Shown: positions 28,484 through 32,000 of the stretch, piece after piece
How positions within the stretch are numbered: position 1 is the stretch's first letter
Layout of the letters: each line of letters begins with the position of its first letter
Assembly (NCBI RefSeq): GCF_000284455.1
Contig: NC_017039.1
Span: 3,000,001 to 3,032,000 of the forward strand
From: Synechocystis sp. PCC 6803 substr. PCC-P
GTDB taxonomy: Bacteria; Cyanobacteriota; Cyanobacteriia; Cyanobacteriales; Microcystaceae
Direction: 5' to 3'
Length of the DNA: 32,000 bases
Translations under genes and position numbers: made by a program
Notes under the pieces: model-generated
What the model was told of the DNA's origin: nothing
Databases searched by the model: none
The model's input: the letters and a program-made list of their open reading frames with translations, nothing else

Positions 28484-28552
28484 AAATATTTCCTAAAAGT
28501 AATTAATAGCGAATACAAATACTACAAAAGTGATTTAATCTTCTACAATTAG

Positions 28553-29656
28553 TTATCGGCTCTGGCTCAAATTTTTATGCACAAATTGCAAAATATGGGG
28601 CAGTAGCTGAAATTCGTAAAACCGCTCCAGTTCCCCCGGCTCCACTCCTAACGATTGCGCCACTTGGGTTAGTCCCTGCCTCGGCTTTCGGATGGTCAAC
28701 AGTAGCTCCTGCAACAGCCTTTGCCCTGTAATCCCTGGTTTTTGAGCCAAGCGAAGTTCCCTTAAAGTTGACTCCGTTTCTATCCATTCCTGCAATTGTT
28801 GTTCAAATTGGTTTTGCCTCAATTCTTTCTTTCCCAACAGTCCCCGCAGATGCTCACAGGGATTAATGGGGGTATCGGGTTGGATAAAGTCATAATTGCT
28901 TTCCATAAAGGCGATTAACCTACCGCGGCACTGACGCTCGTAGAAACTGCTCAAAGTGGCGATCGCCACCCCATATTCTTTTGCCAACTGATTCCACTCC
29001 ACTTCCTCGATAAAACGCTTTTGCAGTAATAATTGCGCTGTTATTGTTGGCTGGTTTTTAACCGTCACCCCAACTAATTCCTCCTCTAATTGCAACCAGT
29101 CTTCTATGCCCCGACGCATAATGTCAGCGTCTTGTCCGTAGGAAGGGGAGGTTATCATGGCCAGCAGATCTTCCCGATCATCCTCGGATGTACTGGATTG
29201 GACTTGTTGCCGTTGTTGATATTGCTTTTCCCGTTGGGTCTTGAACTCATTTTTGAGCCGGAAGTTTAACCAAGTAGCTACCTGGGCTTGCTGGGCGTTG
29301 TAGTCCCGATAACGACGATAGAAATATTCCAGGGTCTTCAACCACGCTTCAGCGTAGGCATCCTGGTACTGCTCTTCGTAATTACGCCATAGTTTTTCCG
29401 ATGCTTCCAGTATTCCCATAGCCTGGGCGAGTATTTCCCTTTCACACAGGGTTTTTTGGATAGGGTCAAGGCCATCCCCGGACAATTTTTTCGCCTGTTC
29501 AATGAGGAGTTGGAGTTGCAGGTTTACATCATCCCCAGCAATGCGGACTACTTCGCTGAATATTTGTCTCAGAATTTGCTTCCGCTTAGCACTAACAGGA
29601 GATAACTGTCCCAACCTCTGGCGATAATAGTCGAGGGAACAATGATCTTTTTCCAT
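28553..29656 (-). CDS. Sigma-70-like (ECF-like cyanobacterial) transcription factor
   Basis: Region-2-like segment '[39 protein letters not shown]' and region-4-like helix-turn-helix '[39 protein letters not shown]'. First gene of the sigma/DUF1822/CHAT order. Confidence 0.65.
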   Translation of the reverse strand: MEKDHCSLDYYRQRLGQLSPVSAKRKQILRQIFSEVVRIAGDDVNLQLQLLIEQAKKLSGDGLDPIQKTLCEREILAQAMGILEASEKLWRNYEEQYQDAYAEAWLKTLEYFYRRYRDYNAQQAQVATWLNFRLKNEFKTQREKQYQQRQQVQSSTSEDDREDLLAMITSPSYGQDADIMRRGIEDWLQLEEELVGVTVKNQPTITAQLLLQKRFIEEVEWNQLAKEYGVAIATLSSFYERQCRGRLIAFMESNYDFIQPDTPINPCEHLRGLLGKKELRQNQFEQQLQEWIETESTLRELRLAQKPGITGQRLLQELLLTIRKPRQGLTQVAQSLGVEPGELERFYEFQLLPHILQFVHKNLSQSR

Positions 29657-29752
29657 GGCTACATCCCCAGATATTACCGTTGCAATTCAAAACTGCTATT
29701 TTACTTTGTTGGCGATCATTTCTTTTTGGGGTGATATACCAAAACTTGCTAT

Positions 29753-29888
29753 ACGACATCCGATACAACAAATTCAAGTGGTGGTGGCAACGAAAGACCG
29801 TCTGGTTCTGGGATGATAATCTAACCGCAAATAGAAACTATATCAAAGAACTTCTACGCCAGATGATATCTCTGTGAAAGTGGTGGTT
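29753..29888 (+). pseudogene. Orphan internal fragment of a B12-binding radical SAM gene
   Basis: Ungapped match to 24671-24806, 123/136 identical by manual count. Encodes [39 protein letters not shown]. Confidence 0.9.
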
Positions 29889-30050
29889 TATCATGCTCCC
29901 TGTTATACTACAGAGGAAGATATTACTTAATCTTTACTTTATTTACTAAAGTGATCTTTTAGGCATTTAAGTCTAAAAGGTCGTTGTCAAAAGTTTCCTT
30001 AGTCAGGGATAGTAAAGGCTCTGAGAGGAAAGATTCAGATAGTTCTGGAG

Positions 30051-30308
30051 ATGATAGAGTTGAGACTTTATAAGCAGATTTTAAATGCTTCTCACTCACT
30101 GTTCAGTCCCTATCATTATCATCAAGCTTTACAAAACGCTGTTTTGGCAAGTCAACATTTTGAAGAGGTTAGAGCCATGACGGTTTTATCTTTATTCTAT
30201 TTGTACTATTCTACGCCATTTTTGAGCCTAGTGCATGGTGATTCAAGTTCTGAAAAAGCAGCTTGGCTCAGTTGTGTTAATACTAACCAAGAAAAGATGC
30301 AAAAATAG
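30051..30308 (+). pseudogene. Separated N-terminal piece of a multi-sensor (AAA/TPR-linked) protein
   Basis: YHQALQNAVLASQHFEEVRAMTVLSLFYLYYSTPFLSL...NTNQEKMQK resembles the helical/TPR section of large cyanobacterial AAA-PAS/GAF kinases. Same frame as the downstream ORF, split by a single TAG. Confidence 0.6.
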
Positions 30309-30323
30309 GCGGAACACGCCCCA

Positions 30324-32000
30324 ATGAATTACTTGCACAAATATCATCTAGTTGAAGCAGAAAAAGCGCGGGTCTTAGGGCAATTCTTTGAGGCTGAAGA
30401 GTTTTATGAGCGAGCGATCGCAGGTGCTGCTGAAAATGAGTTTATTCAAGAAGAAGCATTGGCTTATGAATTAGCGGCTAAACATTATCTAGCGCGAGGT
30501 CGAGAAAAAATTGCTCGAACTTATATGAAAGAAGCGCACTATTGCTACGATCGCTGGGGCGCAAAAGCTAAAGTTAAAGACTTAGAAAAACGGTATCCAC
30601 AATTACTCAATTCCAACTTGATTCGGCAATCAACTTTGACTGAGGGAATGATCAGTCATTCGACCGCCGTGATGAAAGCGGCTCAAGCCCTCTCAGAAAT
30701 TATCCATCTTGATCAATTGATTGCCAGGTTACTGTTGATGGCTCAGGCAGCAATTTCACTAGAAAATGCTCGGCTGTATGAACGGCTAGCAAACTATGCC
30801 AAAACACTGGAAAGGAAACTAGAAGAGCAAACTCAAGCATTACAGCAGGAGATCATCAATCGCGAACGAACAGAAGACGCATTACGACAAAGTGAAGCGA
30901 ATTATCGCAATCTGCTACAAACCGCGAATTCAATCATCATTCGCTATGATCCGCAAGGACGGATTCACTACATCAACGATTATGGGGTAAAACTCCTCGG
31001 CTACAAAGAACATCAAATCTTAGGACGAACCTTATTTGAAACCATCATTCCGGACATCGAAATCTCTGGGCGTGATGTCAAACCTATGGTTCACAATTTA
31101 CTTCGCAACCCTCAATCGTACCCGCAAGGTGAGGGTGAAAACCTGTGTCGAGACGGTCGGCGCGTTTGGGTTGCCTGGTCGAATCAAGCTATTTTCAACG
31201 ATCGGGGAGAGGTGGTTGAAATCTTATCGGTGGGCAATGACACCACTCAGCGTAGACAAGCAGAAGAGGCATTACAACGTAGTGAAGCTAAGTTCCGCAA
31301 CATCTTTGCAAATTCGCAGGTTGGTATCTACCGTAGCCGTATCGGTGATGGCTTAATTCTCGATGCCAATCAACGCTTTGCCGATCTGTTTGGCTTTGAT
31401 TCACCCCAAGAGATGATTGGGATTGAACACACTACAGGCTATTGGGTCAATCTCAGCGATCGCCAACAAGGCATTGAGGTGATAAAGCGGGATGGGGAAG
31501 TGCGAAATTATGAAGCACAGATGCGAAAACGAGATGGGACAGTGTTTTGGGGACTTTTCTCTTCTTATCTGAATGCAGCCGATGACTACATCGAAGGGGT
31601 GATTGCAGATATTAGCGATCGCAAACAGGCAGAAGTCGCGTTGCAAGCCTCTGAAGCGGAACTGCGGGCGCTCTTTTCAGCCATTCCCGATCCGCTATGT
31701 ATCATCAATGCTGAAGGGCGATTGCTCTGCACAATCAAAGGAACTTCATCTTATGGAGAGGAGTGTACTGGCAAAACGCTGCATCAACTTTTTGCCAAAG
31801 AACAAGCTGATGAATTTCTGGATTACATTCAGCAGTCGGTGAGAACTCAACAAGTCCTCACCGTTGAATACAGTGATTGGATCGCTGGACGAGAAGTTTG
31901 GTTTTCGGCTCGCATTGCCCCGATTCGACATGAGCAGGTGATTTGGCTGGCGCGAGATATTACGGCGCAAAAGCAAGCAGAAGCCGCCTCGATTTTAGAA
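30324..32000 (+). CDS. Multi-PAS sensor protein (probable histidine kinase), 3' end beyond window
   Basis: Open from the ATG at 30324 to the right edge: HAPMNYLHKYHLVEAEKARVLGQ...CYDRWGAKAKVKDLEKRYPQLL..., coiled coil 'ERKLEEQTQALQQEIINRERTEDAL', then at least three PAS blocks. No output domain is visible in the window. Confidence 0.8.
   Translation, partial: MNYLHKYHLVEAEKARVLGQFFEAEEFYERAIAGAAENEFIQEEALAYELAAKHYLARGREKIARTYMKEAHYCYDRWGAKAKVKDLEKRYPQLLNSNLIRQSTLTEGMISHSTAVMKAAQALSEIIHLDQLIARLLLMAQAAISLENARLYERLANYAKTLERKLEEQTQALQQEIINRERTEDALRQSEANYRNLLQTANSIIIRYDPQGRIHYINDYGVKLLGYKEHQILGRTLFETIIPDIEISGRDVKPMVHNLLRNPQSYPQGEGENLCRDGRRVWVAWSNQAIFNDRGEVVEILSVGNDTTQRRQAEEALQRSEAKFRNIFANSQVGIYRSRIGDGLILDANQRFADLFGFDSPQEMIGIEHTTGYWVNLSDRQQGIEVIKRDGEVRNYEAQMRKRDGTVFWGLFSSYLNAADDYIEGVIADISDRKQAEVALQASEAELRALFSAIPDPLCIINAEGRLLCTIKGTSSYGEECTGKTLHQLFAKEQADEFLDYIQQSVRTQQVLTVEYSDWIAGREVWFSARIAPIRHEQVIWLARDITAQKQAEAASILE

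Noticed and set aside
30306-30308. TAG as a recoded sense codon (e.g. pyrrolysine or programmed readthrough)
   Set aside because: No Pyl machinery or structured readthrough element was seen. A Trp-to-stop point mutation explains both this TAG and the one in the dead OrfA relic.
1-32000. GCGATCGC / GGCGATCGCC octamers scattered throughout (roughly 30 copies)
   Set aside because: These are HIP1 sites, a known abundant palindrome in many cyanobacterial genomes. They are not a new repeat family or CRISPR; no regular spacing was found.
1-32000. CRISPR arrays, rRNA, integrated phage or retron-like elements
   Set aside because: No regularly spaced direct repeats, rRNA signatures, phage structural genes, integrase or reverse transcriptase motifs were seen on either strand.

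Overview
The window looks like ordinary cyanobacterial chromosome. Roughly 30 HIP1 octamers (GCGATCGC), minCDE, ppk, ppsA and fraH-like genes together resemble Synechocystis sp. PCC 6803; that strain assignment is from recollection, not a database search. Core content from left to right: the truncated 3' part of a TrmJ/SpoU-type RNA methyltransferase; a membrane-anchored class-A-beta-lactamase-like serine hydrolase; ppk; minC-minD-minE plus a small membrane ORF 3 nt downstream; a zinc-ribbon/FHA (FraH-like) protein; a chloramphenicol-acetyltransferase-like protein; an Uma2-family protein; ppsA; a PAS/GAF/GGDEF protein; an arsenosugar-type pair (arsM, arsS) followed by a TVP38/TMEM64-family gene; a 5'-nucleotidase; a GNAT protein; a HerA/DUF87 ATPase; a coiled-coil zinc-ribbon membrane protein; and a B12-binding radical SAM protein. 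The right third is the most unusual part. It holds a tight sigma-70-like / DUF1822 / CHAT-type three-gene operon whose CHAT protein ends before the expected catalytic Cys block. Beside it are an exact 59-bp tandem duplication and an IS3-family orfA relic that appears to interrupt a small ORF. Further right are an orphan ~136-bp, ~90%-identical copy of an internal piece of the radical SAM gene, and a multi-sensor gene. That gene looks like a decayed large AAA/TPR/GAF/PAS sensor, with an in-frame TAG at a probable conserved Trp and an apparent in-frame loss of its GAF domain. No CRISPR array, tRNA, rRNA or prophage was identified. I found no strong evidence for a wholly new system; the sigma/DUF1822/CHAT operon is the best candidate.
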